Source: Octopus sinensis (taxonomy: Eukaryota). From it: a DNA stretch of 64,000 nt. The notes below the pieces were generated by a model. That model had not been told where the DNA came from and did not search any database. It saw only the letters and a program-made list of their open reading frames with translations. The translations under genes and the position numbers were made by a program. This document shows positions 13,456 to 24,800 of this stretch, one piece after another; position 1 is the first letter of the stretch, and every line of letters starts with the position of its first letter. Location: contig NC_043017.1 in NCBI RefSeq assembly GCF_006345805.1, forward strand, positions 33,852,001 through 33,916,000, read 5' to 3'.

Positions 13456-14399
13456 GTGGGGTAGTCTATTGTGACTATGTCCATACAGTGCCGGGATATC
13501 ATTGTTCCAGGCTTCGAAATTATTTGCTGTACGTTTCTGGGGGCCCAGAACAATTGTCCACATCATCATGTGGGCGTTGAGGACCTTTTCTCTCTCCTTA
13601 TGCACCTGTAAAGTTGTTATTATTGTATTGGCGATATGAGGTTGTATTGCCTGGATGTAGTTCGGTAAGCTGTCTATTGACACTATATATATCTTTCTTT
13701 CTCTCGGCATTTATCTAATGTCCCCGCCTAACAATTGTTTTTTATTCTTCACAACCATTCGCCGCACACTACTTTCTTCAATTCGAGCACTGTCTCTATG
13801 TACATTGTGAACTAACTCATATTACTCTAGTCGAGTAGTGTAGTAATGTCACCTCTGAATTCCTCAGAAACTTATATCAGAGTAATAATTCAATGGCTTC
13901 GCAGCTAGTTTGTCTCATTTAATTTTCTAGACGTAAATGCAAAAGTTTGAGTTAAAATGAACGACCGGCAACAACGTAATTGCAGCGGATTATAGAGTAT
14001 ATAGACTTCCAGTCGCAGTGGATTGCTCAATATGTAGACTTAGCGTCGCATGAGGGCTGTTTGACATAATAAATATGTAATAGGAAATTGAGTGAGGATT
14101 TTTAGAAAAATCGAAGCTCGTTGTACAACTATAAAAGTCTAATGCAAATACGTGCAGTTTCTTTTTGTGTGAACGTGTACATGTGGCTACGTGTGTGTGA
14201 GTGTGTGTGTGTGTGGATGTGTGTGTGTGTGTGTGTGTGCACACGTGTAGCAGTGATAGCAGCAATACATTTTACGCATGCAGCATGTGCCGTACACGAG
14301 TGTAGACGGGCGTACATTGCATACACGCATAGAAACACAAGCACACACGCATACACACACTCATACACACAATTTTGTCCCTACATAAATCTATATATA

Positions 14400-15297
14400 T
14401 GTGTGTGTGTGTGTTTGTATGCGTGTGTGTGTGTTTGTAGGCCTGTGTGTGTGTGTGTATTTGTATGCGCGTGTGTGTGTTTGTATGCGTGTGTGTGTGT
14501 TTGTAGGCCTGTGTGTGTGTGTGTATTGTATGCGTGTGTGTGTGGTGTGTGTGTTTGTATGCGTGTGTGTGTGGTGTGTATTTGTATGCGTGTGTGGTGT
14601 GTGTGTGTGTTGTGTGTGTGTGTGTGTGTGTGTGTGTATTTGTATGCGTGTGTGTGTGTTGTATGCGTGTGTGTGTGTGTTTGTATGCGTGTGTGTGTGT
14701 GTGTATTTGTATGCGTGTGTGTGTGTGTTTGTATGCGTGTGTTGTGTGTGTGTGTGTTTGTATGCGGTGTGTGTGTGTGTTTGTATGCGTGTGTGTGTGT
14801 GTTTGTATGCGTGTGTGTGTGTGTGTTTGTATGCGTGTGTGTGTGTTTGTATGCGTGTGTGTGTGTGTGTATTTGTATGCGTGTGTGTGTGTTTGTAGGC
14901 CTGTGTGTGTGTTTGTAGACGTGTGTGTGTGTATTTGTATGCGTGTGTGTGCGTTTGTATGCGTGTGTGTGTGTTTGTAGACGTGTGTGTGTGTGTTTGT
15001 ATGCGTGTGTGTGTGTTTGTATGCGTGTGTGTGTGTGTGTGTGTTTGTATGCGTGTGTGTGTGTGTGTATTTGTATGCGTGTGTGTGTGTTTGTAGACGT
15101 GTGTGTGTGTGTTTGTATGCGTGTGTGTGTTGTTTGTATGCGTGTGTGTGTGTGTGTATTTGTATGCGTGTGTGTGTGTTTGTATGCGTGTGTGTGTGTT
15201 TGTATGCGTGTGTGTGTGTGTGTGTTTGTATGCGTGTGTGTGTGTTTGTATGCGTGTGTGTGTGTGTGTGTTTGTATGCGTGTGTGTGTGTGTGTGC
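14400..15297 (+). repeat. ~900-bp compound (TG)n satellite punctuated by TTGTATGCG, TTGTAGAC and TTGTAGGCC motifs
   Basis: Direct inspection; source of the long HT/CV ORFs. Confidence 0.95.
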
Positions 15298-15464
15298 ATT
15301 TATACATGTCAAGTACAATAAATTGAGATGCGGTTGTTAATAGCATCAAGACATTTATAAAATGGTTGCAAAGAGGTGAATGTGAATATAATTTAATAAG
15401 GAAAAATAAGACAAAGTTATGGAAGCGAGAGTCCATAAAATCTCTTCAGGGATAGGGAGATATC

Positions 15465-15702
15465 CTCTTTTACTCTTTTACTTGTTTCAGACATTTTGAC
15501 TGCGGCTATGCTGGAGCACCGCCTGTAGTCGAGGAAATCGACCCCAGGACTTATTCTTGGCAAGCCTAGTACTTATTCTATCGGTCTGTTTTGCCGAACC
15601 GCTAAGTTACAGGAACGTAAACACACCAGCATCGGTTGTCAAGCGATGTTGGGGGGAGGGACAAACACAGACACACAGACACACAAACACACACACACAC
15701 AC

Positions 15703-15756
<54 letters not shown>

Positions 15757-15925
15757 TACATATATACGACAGGCTTCTTTGAGTTTCCGTCTACCAAATC
15801 CACTCACAAGGCTTTGGTCGGCCCGAGACTATAGTAGAAGAGACTTGCCCAAGGTGCCACGCAGTGGGACTGAACCCGGAACCATGTGGTTGATTAGCAA
15901 GCTACTTACCACACAGCCACTCCTG
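15465..15925 (-). mobile_element. SINE family A, near full length
   Basis: tRNA-like head (caggagtggctgtgtggtaag...gggttcagtccc), internal (TA)n(TG)n and (aaagagt)n tail. Confidence 0.9.
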
Positions 15926-16259
15926 AAAATTCATATTATGAAAATATCTATTAATACGTTTTTAGTACCTTTAACCGCCAAAACTTTATATCCTTCCGTT
16001 GATTGCAAGAGTTTTAATTAGAATAAGGGGGGTGAGCTGATAGAATAGTTAGCATGCCAGAAGAAATGCTGAGCAATATTTCGCCCGTCTTAGCGTTCTT
16101 AGTTAAAATTCTAAGGAGGTTGACTTTAACTTTAATCCTTTCTGGATCGATAAAATAAGTACCGGTTGGTAAATTGGAGTCGATGTAATTAAATTACTCT
16201 CTACTTCAAAATTGCTGGCCCTGCAGCAATATTTGAAACCAATCTAACTTAAAATTGTG

Positions 16260-17040
16260 GTATTTCATATACATTAGCTAACACTTTCTTATTTGTGTGT
16301 ATATATGCGCACGAAGTACAATACTGTACTTACTGATCTCCAATCCCTAGAAACATCTCCAGCTGGCTGTACGACCCGATCTGTGTCCTTATATTTTCGA
16401 ACAAGGGAATCTAGCACCCCAACTCAGCTCAAAACAATATCTTTGAATCGCGATTTCAAAGAACTTACACCTGAGATGTGCAAGTGTCTTTATTTTCGTA
16501 GAAGGCCTTACAGGAAGCAAAGATACAGAAATTCGCGCCAGAATTCATTCTAAATTGGAACAAGCTAACCAAGATCTAACCTTACAGGCCGTGGCAGAAG
16601 AATGTCAACGGATGGTAAACCTAGCACACGATGTAGAAAAAATTCAAGAAAAGGATTCCTAAAAAATACGGATATGCCGACAGGAAAAGTACAAACAGAA
16701 AAGTGCACCTCATTCTAATCCATGTTATGGATGAGGGGGGGTGCATTTCAGAAAATACTGTTCATTTAAAAATCAAAAATGTTACAGTTGCAAAAGAATT
16801 GGTCACAGGAATTCACACTGCAGAGCAAAATTATGAAGGCCAAACGTTAAAAATCCTAGAGTGCTCATTATCTCCCTAATAAGAAAGTTCGTACACGTAA
16901 AAATAAATGGAATACATATTAAACTTCAATTGGTTACTGGAATCGATATTTCAATACAAAATATGGACACATGGAAGAAAATAGGGAAAGAAATGTTAAG
17001 AGAAACAACGAAATCTTCTCGTAGCGTGACGGGCGACAAT
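16260..17040 (+). pseudogene. Gypsy-type gag (zinc knuckles) plus aspartic protease remnant, copy 2
   Basis: Same gag block as 8456, then CYG*GG.HFRKYC and CYSCKRIGHRNSHC knuckles, then RKFVHVKINGIHIKLQLVTGIDISI...DTWKKIGK (degenerate LDTG protease motif). Confidence 0.85.
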
Positions 17041-17455
17041 TAGATCCTCGTAAATTATGCAATGGGACAAGGTTGATTGTGGAGACTTTATCACCTATTA
17101 TGATAGAAGCTACCATCCTCACTGGATGTGCATCTGGGAAACAGGTTTTCATTCCAAGAATTCCAATCAAACCAACAGACATGCCATTTGAGTTCAAACG
17201 AACACAATCCCGAATGCGACTTTGCTGCGCAATGTCTATTTTTAAAGTTCAAGGTCAGCCTTCGGAATTTACTGGCTTGCATTTACTTGAGTCTTACTTT
17301 TCTCATGGTCCACGGTTGGTAGATTCAAAGTGTTATTTGTCTATGCTCTAGACCAGAAAACCAAGATGTTATTTACCCAGAAACTCTTACGTAATTTCCT
17401 TCTACGTGAGATACAATTTATCTCCCTTCATATAAGTGGTAAATTTTGAATTTTC

Positions 17456-17522
<67 letters not shown>

Positions 17523-17671
17523 TTATGTTTTGTATTATGAATTCAGAATTAATTTCCCAATAGAAGAAAAAATTGAATTTAGAATAAATTTCTATACTAC
17601 ATATTTTGCTTTTTTTCTTCCGAAATATATGGAGCAATTTCATTCCCAAGCAACGCCGGGTGCCTCTGATA

Positions 17672-17672
<1 letters not shown>
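17040..17672 (+). mobile_element. Helitron 3' portion: PIF1-like helicase C-terminus plus 3' terminal hairpin
   Basis: LDPRKLCNGTRLIV...IEATILTGCASGKQVFIPRIPIKPTDMPFEFKR...QGQ...FSHG; end motif cccaagcaacgccgggtg...ctgATAG-t (CTAG mutated to ATAG) matches the 29421-29448 terminus. Confidence 0.9.
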
Positions 17673-17701
<29 letters not shown>

Positions 17702-17706
<5 letters not shown>

Positions 17707-18294
17707 CAATTAAGGAACGGCCATAATAGGCCATTCACCCACTAGAAATAACAGCCAAAGCTTCTACCGCAAATAAAGATTAATTCCGTAAACAGGAGAA
17801 AATTAAAAAAACATTACCCTGTAATTTCTTGTACGGTATACCGTTTCATCCGCTGTTTAATGGTAAACCAACCTGATTAAATTAAATCAAGCCAATCCTC
17901 CATAAGCCCTCGGATTCTTCAGCAAGAAATAGCTCAAGTCGGGACAGATATATACACGAGGCATACCCAATCTTGCCAAGTCAATATCTGACCTAAAATT
18001 TTCAAATCGTCGCACTCGCGCCAAATTTATCGGCAGCAAATAGATATCAGCCGTCGATTCCATTACGGAATTAACCAAAAAATTCATAATTAATCAATAT
18101 AGGGTGGCAAGGAAAATTTTGTAGAATTTTTTGCCACCAGCGGCCCAGCGGGAAAAAATAATAGTCATAGACCATTTTTAAGTTCAACATTAACAATTAA
18201 GGAACGGCCATAATAGGCCATTCACCCACTAGAAATAACAGCCAAAGCTTCTACCGCAAATAAAGATTAATTCGTAAACAGGAGAAAATTAAAA
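17702..18294 (-). mobile_element. HHR-bearing mini-element P1 (487-bp unit plus 107-bp terminal redundancy), copy 1
   Basis: 17702-17808 repeats at 18189-18294; contains the hammerhead at 17824-17930; its 3' end abuts (TA)n. Confidence 0.8.
17824..17930 (-). ncRNA. Type I hammerhead ribozyme, canonical core, extended stem II
   Basis: Minus strand: AUUUCUUG-CUGAAGA-AUCCG-(58 nt)-CGGAU-GAAA-CGG-UAUA-CCG-UA^CAAGAAAU. Stem I 8 bp, stem II 5 bp, stem III 4 bp palindromic; predicted cleavage between plus positions 17832 and 17831. Confidence 0.85.
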
Positions 18295-18302
18295 TTAATC
18301 AA

Positions 18303-18425
18303 TTGGTAGAAGGAAACTGAAAGAAGCCCGTCGTATATATGTATATATATATATATATGCGTGTGTGTGTTTGTGTGTCTGTGTTGTCCCCTAGCATTGC
18401 TTGACAACCGATGCTGGTGTGTTTA
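18303..18425 (+). mobile_element. SINE family A internal fragment (duplicated at ~19067-19190)
   Basis: ttggtagaaggaaactgaaagaagcccgtcg...gatgctggtgtgttta; both copies share the same variant and truncation point. Confidence 0.8.
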
Positions 18426-18441
18426 TTGTGTATATTGATTA

Positions 18442-18471
<30 letters not shown>

Positions 18472-18473
<2 letters not shown>

Positions 18474-19055
18474 TAACAATAAGGAACGGCCATAATAGGC
18501 CATTCACCACTAGAATAACAGCCAAAGCTTCTACCGAATAAAGATTAATTCCGTAAACAGGAGAAAATTAAAAAAACATTTACCCGTAATTTCTTGTACG
18601 GTATACCGTTTCATCCGCTGTTTAATGGTAAACCAACTGATAAATTAAATCAAGCCAATCCTCCAAGCCTCGGATTCTTCAGCAAGAAAAGCTCAAGTCG
18701 GGACAGATATATACACGAGGCATACCCAATCTTGCCAAGTCAATATCTGACCTAAATTTTCAAATCGTCGCACTCGCGCCAAATTTATCGGCAGCAAATA
18801 GATATCAGCCGTCGATTCCATTACGGAATTAACCAAAAAATTCATAATTAATCAATATAGGGTGGCAAGGAAAATTTTGTAGAATTTTATTGCCACCAGC
18901 GGGCCCAGGGGAAAAAATTAAATAGTCATAGACCATTTTTAAGTTCAACATTAACAATTAAGGAACGGCCATAATAGGCCATTCACCCACTAGAAATAAC
19001 AGCCAAAGCTTCTACGCAAATAAAGATTAATTCCGTAAACAGGAGAAAATTAAAA
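18472..19055 (-). mobile_element. HHR-bearing mini-element P1, copy 2 (many 1-nt deletions)
   Basis: Collinear with 17702-18294 at a 770-bp offset; HHR core retained at 18589-18689. Confidence 0.75.
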
Positions 19056-19200
19056 TTAATCAATTGGTAGAAGGAAACTGAAAGAAGCCCGTCGTATATA
19101 TGTTATATATATATATATATGTGTGTGTGTTTGTGTGTCTGTGTTTGTCCCCCTAGCATTGCTTGACAACCGATGCTGGTGTGTTTATTGTGGTATATGA

Positions 19201-19242
<42 letters not shown>

Positions 19243-19244
<2 letters not shown>

Positions 19245-19597
19245 CAATTGCAGCGTGGAAGGTGTTTATAAGCCATTTAAGAAACACACAAAAGCCGTTC
19301 GATTCACTTCAACATTTAAGTTTAATTTGTCAAAATATTTTCGTCGCTAAAATCCGCGACCTGTTCACTGACAAAGTCCGTGCTGCATCTCAGTGATGCA
19401 GCACGGACTTTGTCAGTGAACAGGTCGCGGATTTTAGCGACGAAAATATTTGACAAATTAAACTTAATGTTGAAGTGAATCGAACGGCTTTTGTGTGTTT
19501 CTTAAATGGCTTATAAACACCTTTCACGCTGCAATTGTTTTCGTTTCAGCACACGATCTCAGATCAAATTACTTGCTATGCGAGTACATCTCCGTAA
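19243..19597. mobile_element. Mini-element P2 as a head-to-head inverted pair (297-bp palindrome)
   Basis: Arms 19243-19389 and 19395-19539 are reverse complements with 3 differences; the right arm continues to ctccgtaa-(TA)n; same family as 27329-27543. Confidence 0.85.
19326..19375 (-). ncRNA. Minimal type I hammerhead-like motif with variant GUGAACA core
   Basis: UUUGUCA-GUGAACA-G-GUCGC-GGAUUUUA-GCGAC-GAAA-AUAU-UU^UGACAAA; the mirror copy at 19409-19457 lacks one U. Confidence 0.6.
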
Positions 19598-19887
19598 TAT
19601 ATATATATATAAGGATAAGATCGTTAATTTAAAAATAAAACAACAATTTTATCAAGTGGTCAGCATGAAAAAAAATAACTTTCAAAGGTAATAATTATTA
19701 AAATTATAAATTAGAGTATATATATACATATATACATAGACATTAAATAATGTGTATACATAATGCTTATACATATACATACACTGACTCACACGTACAC
19801 ACATAAATACGTATATATTAATGCATAATTATGTCTACGTAAATATGTGTGCACATGTGTGTTTACATACAAACACATACACACATA

Positions 19888-20295
19888 TACTCTCTTTTAC
19901 TTGTTTCAGTCATTTGACTGCGGCCATGCTGGAGCACCGCCTTTAATCGAGCAACTCGACCCCGGGACTTATTATTTTGTAAGCCCAGTACTTATTCTAT
20001 CGGTCTCTTTTACCGAACCGCTAAGTAACGGGGACATAAACACACCAGCATCGGTTGTCAAGCAATGCTAGGGGGACAAACACAGACACACAAACACACA
20101 CACGCATATATATATATATATAACATATATACGACGGGCTTCTTTCAGTTTCCTTCTACCAAATCTACTCACAAGGTTTTAGTCGGCCCGGGGCTATAGT
20201 AGAAGACACTTGTGCAAGGTGCCACGCAGTGGGACTGAACCCGGAACCATATGGTTGGTAAGCAAGCTACTTACCACACAGCCACTCCTGCGCCT
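19888..20295 (-). mobile_element. SINE family A, full length
   Basis: Complete head aggcgcaggagtggctgtgtgg through tail. Confidence 0.9.
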
Positions 20296-21234
20296 CATAT
20301 ACATATACATGCACATAAGTATGGGGTACATGCTTTAATACATACAATGAGAATGTATATAGATTATTCAACGCCTAGTATTTGTCTATCATTATCTCTC
20401 CCACTTCTCTTCTTCCTTTCACCCTCTCCTTCTCCGTACATTGTGCATTTATCCCCGTCTGTGTATTAAACCAATAAACATCTATTGTTCCATTTCGAGG
20501 CCTTATTGTACATTTCTTGCATTTTTATTATAAATGTGATATTATTACACATTGTTTTATAAAGAAAAAATTCGCTGTAATTGATTATCTTGAATATAAT
20601 AAAATACGGTGTTATTAAAACTTCACACCTTCCAAATACTGTCAGAATAACGCAAACATTACACTCGCGGCTTTGATATAACTGCTATATTTGTTAAGAT
20701 CGACATTTTTTGTTGTCAAATTATCAATTGGTGTTATCGGTTACCTTTGTAGGAAATTAAATAAGAAATTTGAAAAACAGAAAACAACGAACTTACGTGT
20801 GACAAAAAGACATGATTAAACGCCTTTATTAACATTACAATTGAACATTTCGCAAGCAATTGATATACTCATAATTAAGAAAATGAATTTATCTCCAATA
20901 AAATTTGTCAATATAATTAAGTGGAATAACGGCACATAATTCAAGTATCTACAAATAAATTTCATATATAATTCTAATGAATTGTATTCTAGACCTCATA
21001 AATATATCGTTGCATATATTATAGCATAACATAACATTATTTATGAGATCGAATTTCAATGTAGCAATTGTTGATCGATGTAATACAAGGACTTTCTTAT
21101 TCCATTCAGCCAACAATCTCTGGATTACATGGATTACAGCCTGTTAGAAAGACTATATACGTAGATGGGCTTAATAAGGTAAATTGTCTGGTTAACAAGT
21201 AAATGAAATTATGACCCTCATTAATATATATATA

Positions 21235-21535
21235 TATGGTTGGAGGAGGATGCTGGGTGATAAGAAGCTTGTTTCTCAACTCCATGATTTTAGGTTCAGT
21301 ACTACTGCGTGGTACTTTGAGCGAGTGCCTCTGGCCGATAAATGTCGTGTAAGCGGATTTGGTAAACAGAAATTGAAACAAGCCCGTCGCATGTGTGTAT
21401 ATGTGTCTGTATATGTGTGCATGTGTGTATATATTTATGTGTGTATGTGTGTGTCTTTGTGTCGGTGTTTCTCACCCACTCAACTTGGGAACCGGTATTG
21501 TTTCGTTTACATCCTCGTAACTTAGTTAACAACCG
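21235..21535 (+). mobile_element. SINE family A, degenerate
   Basis: Diverged head, ggatttggtaaacagaaattgaaacaagcccgtcg body and internal TG run. Confidence 0.65.
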
Positions 21536-21836
21536 AAGACACCAGGAAGAAGCGTTAATACTTATTTTCTAATGCAATTATACTCGTACGCTACATGATC
21601 CTACCAAGGCATAATTTAACAGTCTTTACAATATATTTATGTGCGTTTGTGTATGTATGGGTGCTTATATTTCTCTGTGAGTCTTTTTCTTCTCCCTTGT
21701 TATAGAAACAAAAGGGAGCTGAAATACATGATGAAGTAAGACGTACTGTCCTTCCACCAAATGGACGGGGTAAATATACGCCACAGAATCCTGGAAACTG
21801 GCCCTACCAAGCCATTGCACAGGAAGAAGTTTTGTT

Positions 21837-21892
<56 letters not shown>

Positions 21893-22756
21893 ACACTGTT
21901 AGTTACACATAATTTTTATATAAATGATCAATTCTGAAATTTGAATACTCTTTATTGTGAAAATGGAGAATATTTTAGTGTCCATATTTTAGATTTTACT
22001 GACTTTTAATTTTTCCATTCTTAATGCAATTTTCAATGAGATTGTATAGTTAGTTAAATGTCTCCTAATCAAATAACTTCATATTTAAGTAGATGTACGT
22101 AAAAGATTATCACACAAAATACGTGTCATCTATGGTTCAATATGTCTTATTGTCGTCACTCATAAATAGATTAAATAATTTATAAAATTAATTAAGGAAG
22201 CCATATCTAGATTTTGCAGTGAAAAATAATGCTGTATTTGTACTTCCTATTGTGATAATATATTCTCTCGATATATTGCAAAGTAATCCATATAGCAGAT
22301 ATATAATGCTAAAGTTAAATACTTCAAGTATTGGTGGTTTGATAAAATATTGCTTTAGTAGAAACAATGGGGGAATTGTCAAGTACTTTATGATAATTAT
22401 TGTATAAATTTGTCAGCACATCCGATTCACTTAAATATAAGTCCACTTGCAAGCTTTCTAGTTTCCTTGCCTTTAGAAATATATCATTTGCTTCATCTTC
22501 AAACACTAAGTGAATATAGTGTTAACAGTCATGAAGTTTAGCTTTATTGACTCGTTTCAGTTTATATATACTCTTAGAGGAATTTCTAACGTAGACCCAA
22601 CGACCAAACATCATTTACTGCAGATATGATGCCTGGTAATCGTTAGATGAAATCGAAGATTCTCTGCCGGCACACTACTAGGGATCTACCCAAAATAAGG
22701 TTTGGATATTAAATTTTAGAATTCTTATCAGAACTTTGATTTTATATATATATATA

Positions 22757-22976
22757 TACTCTTTTACTCTTTTACTTGTTTCAGTCATTTGACTGCGGCC
22801 ATGCTGGAGCACCGCCTTTAATCGAGCACCTCGACCCCGGGACTTATTCTTTGTAAGCCCAGTTCTTATTCTATCGGTCTCTTTTGCCGAACCGCTAAGT
22901 GACGGGGACATAAACACACCAGCATCGGTTGTTACGCAATGCTAAGGGGACAAACACAGACACACAAACACACACA

Positions 22977-23017
<41 letters not shown>

Positions 23018-23192
23018 TATATACATATATACGACGGGCTTCCTTCAGTTTCCGTCTACCAAATCCACTCACAAGGCTTTGGTCGTCCCGAGGCTATAGT
23101 AGAAGACACTTGCCCAAGGTGCCACGCAGTGGGACTGAACCCAGAACCATATGGTTGGTAAGCAAGCTACTTACCACACAGCCACTCCTGCG
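22757..23192 (-). mobile_element. SINE family A, full length
   Basis: As for the other family A copies. Confidence 0.9.
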
Positions 23193-23561
23193 TTAGATAT
23201 TTTAACATATGTTACTGCAGTGTAAATTTCTTCACCAACGGTGAATGAAGATATATCTTGAAGCTTTATCGAGCCTTTTTCTTCGTATCTATCTAAAATA
23301 GATTTCAATAGCAGTCATGTCTCGTTGAAATTATGTAGCATTGTTGAGGGTTTTTATATCCTAGATTATACTGCTTAAATAGAATTAAAATGATTACTAT
23401 AAATACAAATTCTGATAAGAATGCAATAAAAGATTTGAGAAACAATACAACTGTAAACACAATACACTTATTAGATTAATATATACTTTGCATTCATATT
23501 TAAAACGCTCTTTAACGAGCAAAAATTTATACATATATATGTGATATTTTGATATAAATAC

Positions 23562-23607
<46 letters not shown>

Positions 23608-23725
23608 ATGAGGTATTTTATACCGTCTTATATTCTTTCACGTTTCCTTCATAACACTGTCTTTTGAGTTGATTTGATAGACGGACACCAAAAGAGCCTG
23701 CTGTACTTACATATATGTGTGTGTA

Positions 23726-24095
23726 ATAACAAAGGGTAAAATTAATTAATTAAGAATTAATCAATAATTTCACCAAGTAGAATTCGGCATGAAAAAGGAC
23801 CATTTCACGGTAAACTTAAGTAATACTTTATAATTAGGGTTCAGCAAAGATTTGCTTTACCACATACCGAAGTTTAGAAATAGCAGCCAAAAACCTTAGC
23901 TATTTCTTCTACTTTAAAAAGGGACTCCCAGAAAAACCAAAGTACTTGAAAACAATCCACACAGACAGAGGGGAAAGGCAACGGAAATCAATCAATATCA
24001 GGTCACCCATGTACGCGCGTTTCGGAATTAGATCGGTGTAAAGAATATAGAATTATACTTTACCAACCATTTTCTTCATCAGCATGGGAGACCAA
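23726..24095 (-). mobile_element. HHR-bearing mini-element P3
   Basis: Hammerhead at its 5' end, ~275-nt tail ending at a CA/TA microsatellite; shares tagaaatarcagccaaa with P1. Confidence 0.65.
24001..24093 (-). ncRNA. Type I hammerhead ribozyme, canonical core, decayed stem II
   Basis: GGUCUCCCAUG-CUGAUGA-AGAAAAU...AAUUCC-GAAAC-GCGC-GUA^CAUGGGUGACC; stem I 10 of 11 bp; stem III palindrome ACGCGCGU. Confidence 0.7.
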
Positions 24096-24454
24096 CAATA
24101 TATGTGTGTGTGTGTGTAAGTGTTGAGTACACGTATATGTACCTTTGTGTGTCTTTGCATTTTTGTTACTCCCCACCATTACTTGACAGCAGATGGTTCG
24201 TTTATGCCCCCATCGCGCAACATAACAGTTCGACAAATAGTTTCCTATAAAATAAGTTCTGAGGTTGGTTTGTCCGACCAGACTCAGCATGGCAGTGCAC
24301 CACCAGAGCAGCAGTCTGGTAACAAAAACAAATAAAAGATTAAAACAATATAAGGGCATTAGTTACATTGTGTTAGGCCAATTAAGTGTGTGATGTTAAT
24401 TAGACATCCAGCAGCATGATTAGTTTAATAACTTTAATACGGATTTCAATTTTT

Positions 24455-24800
24455 TGGCACAAGGCCAGCAATGAGGTGCTAAGTCGATTACATCGACCTC
24501 AGTATTCAGATGGTACTTATTTTATCGACTCCGAAAGGATGAACTACAAAACCGACCTCGGTGGAACTAAAAGCTCTAATACTAAGGAAGAATAGCGTGA
24601 TGAGCTGGTAGAGTCGGTAGCACGCCGGGCAGAATGCTTAGCGGCATTTCGTCCGTTTTTCCGTTCTGGGTTCAAATTCCGCTCAAGTTAAGTTTGTCTT
24701 TGATCGTTTCGCGAATAAGTGCCAGTTGTAATCATCTTGTCTCACTCCCCTGGAATTGCTGGTGTTGTGCCAAAATGTGAAATCAACATTATGGAAAGGA
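24455..24800. mobile_element. Two degenerate SINE family B fragments in opposite orientations
   Basis: Minus fragment ~24455-24570 (gtcgattacatcgacc...ccgaaaggatg) and plus fragment ~24595-24800 (gagctggtagagtcggtagcacgccgggc). Confidence 0.6.

Noticed and set aside
14121-15436. Longest ORFs in the track (up to 351 aa, HT/CV-rich)
   Set aside because: Translation of the TG satellite; no stop codons are possible in these frames.
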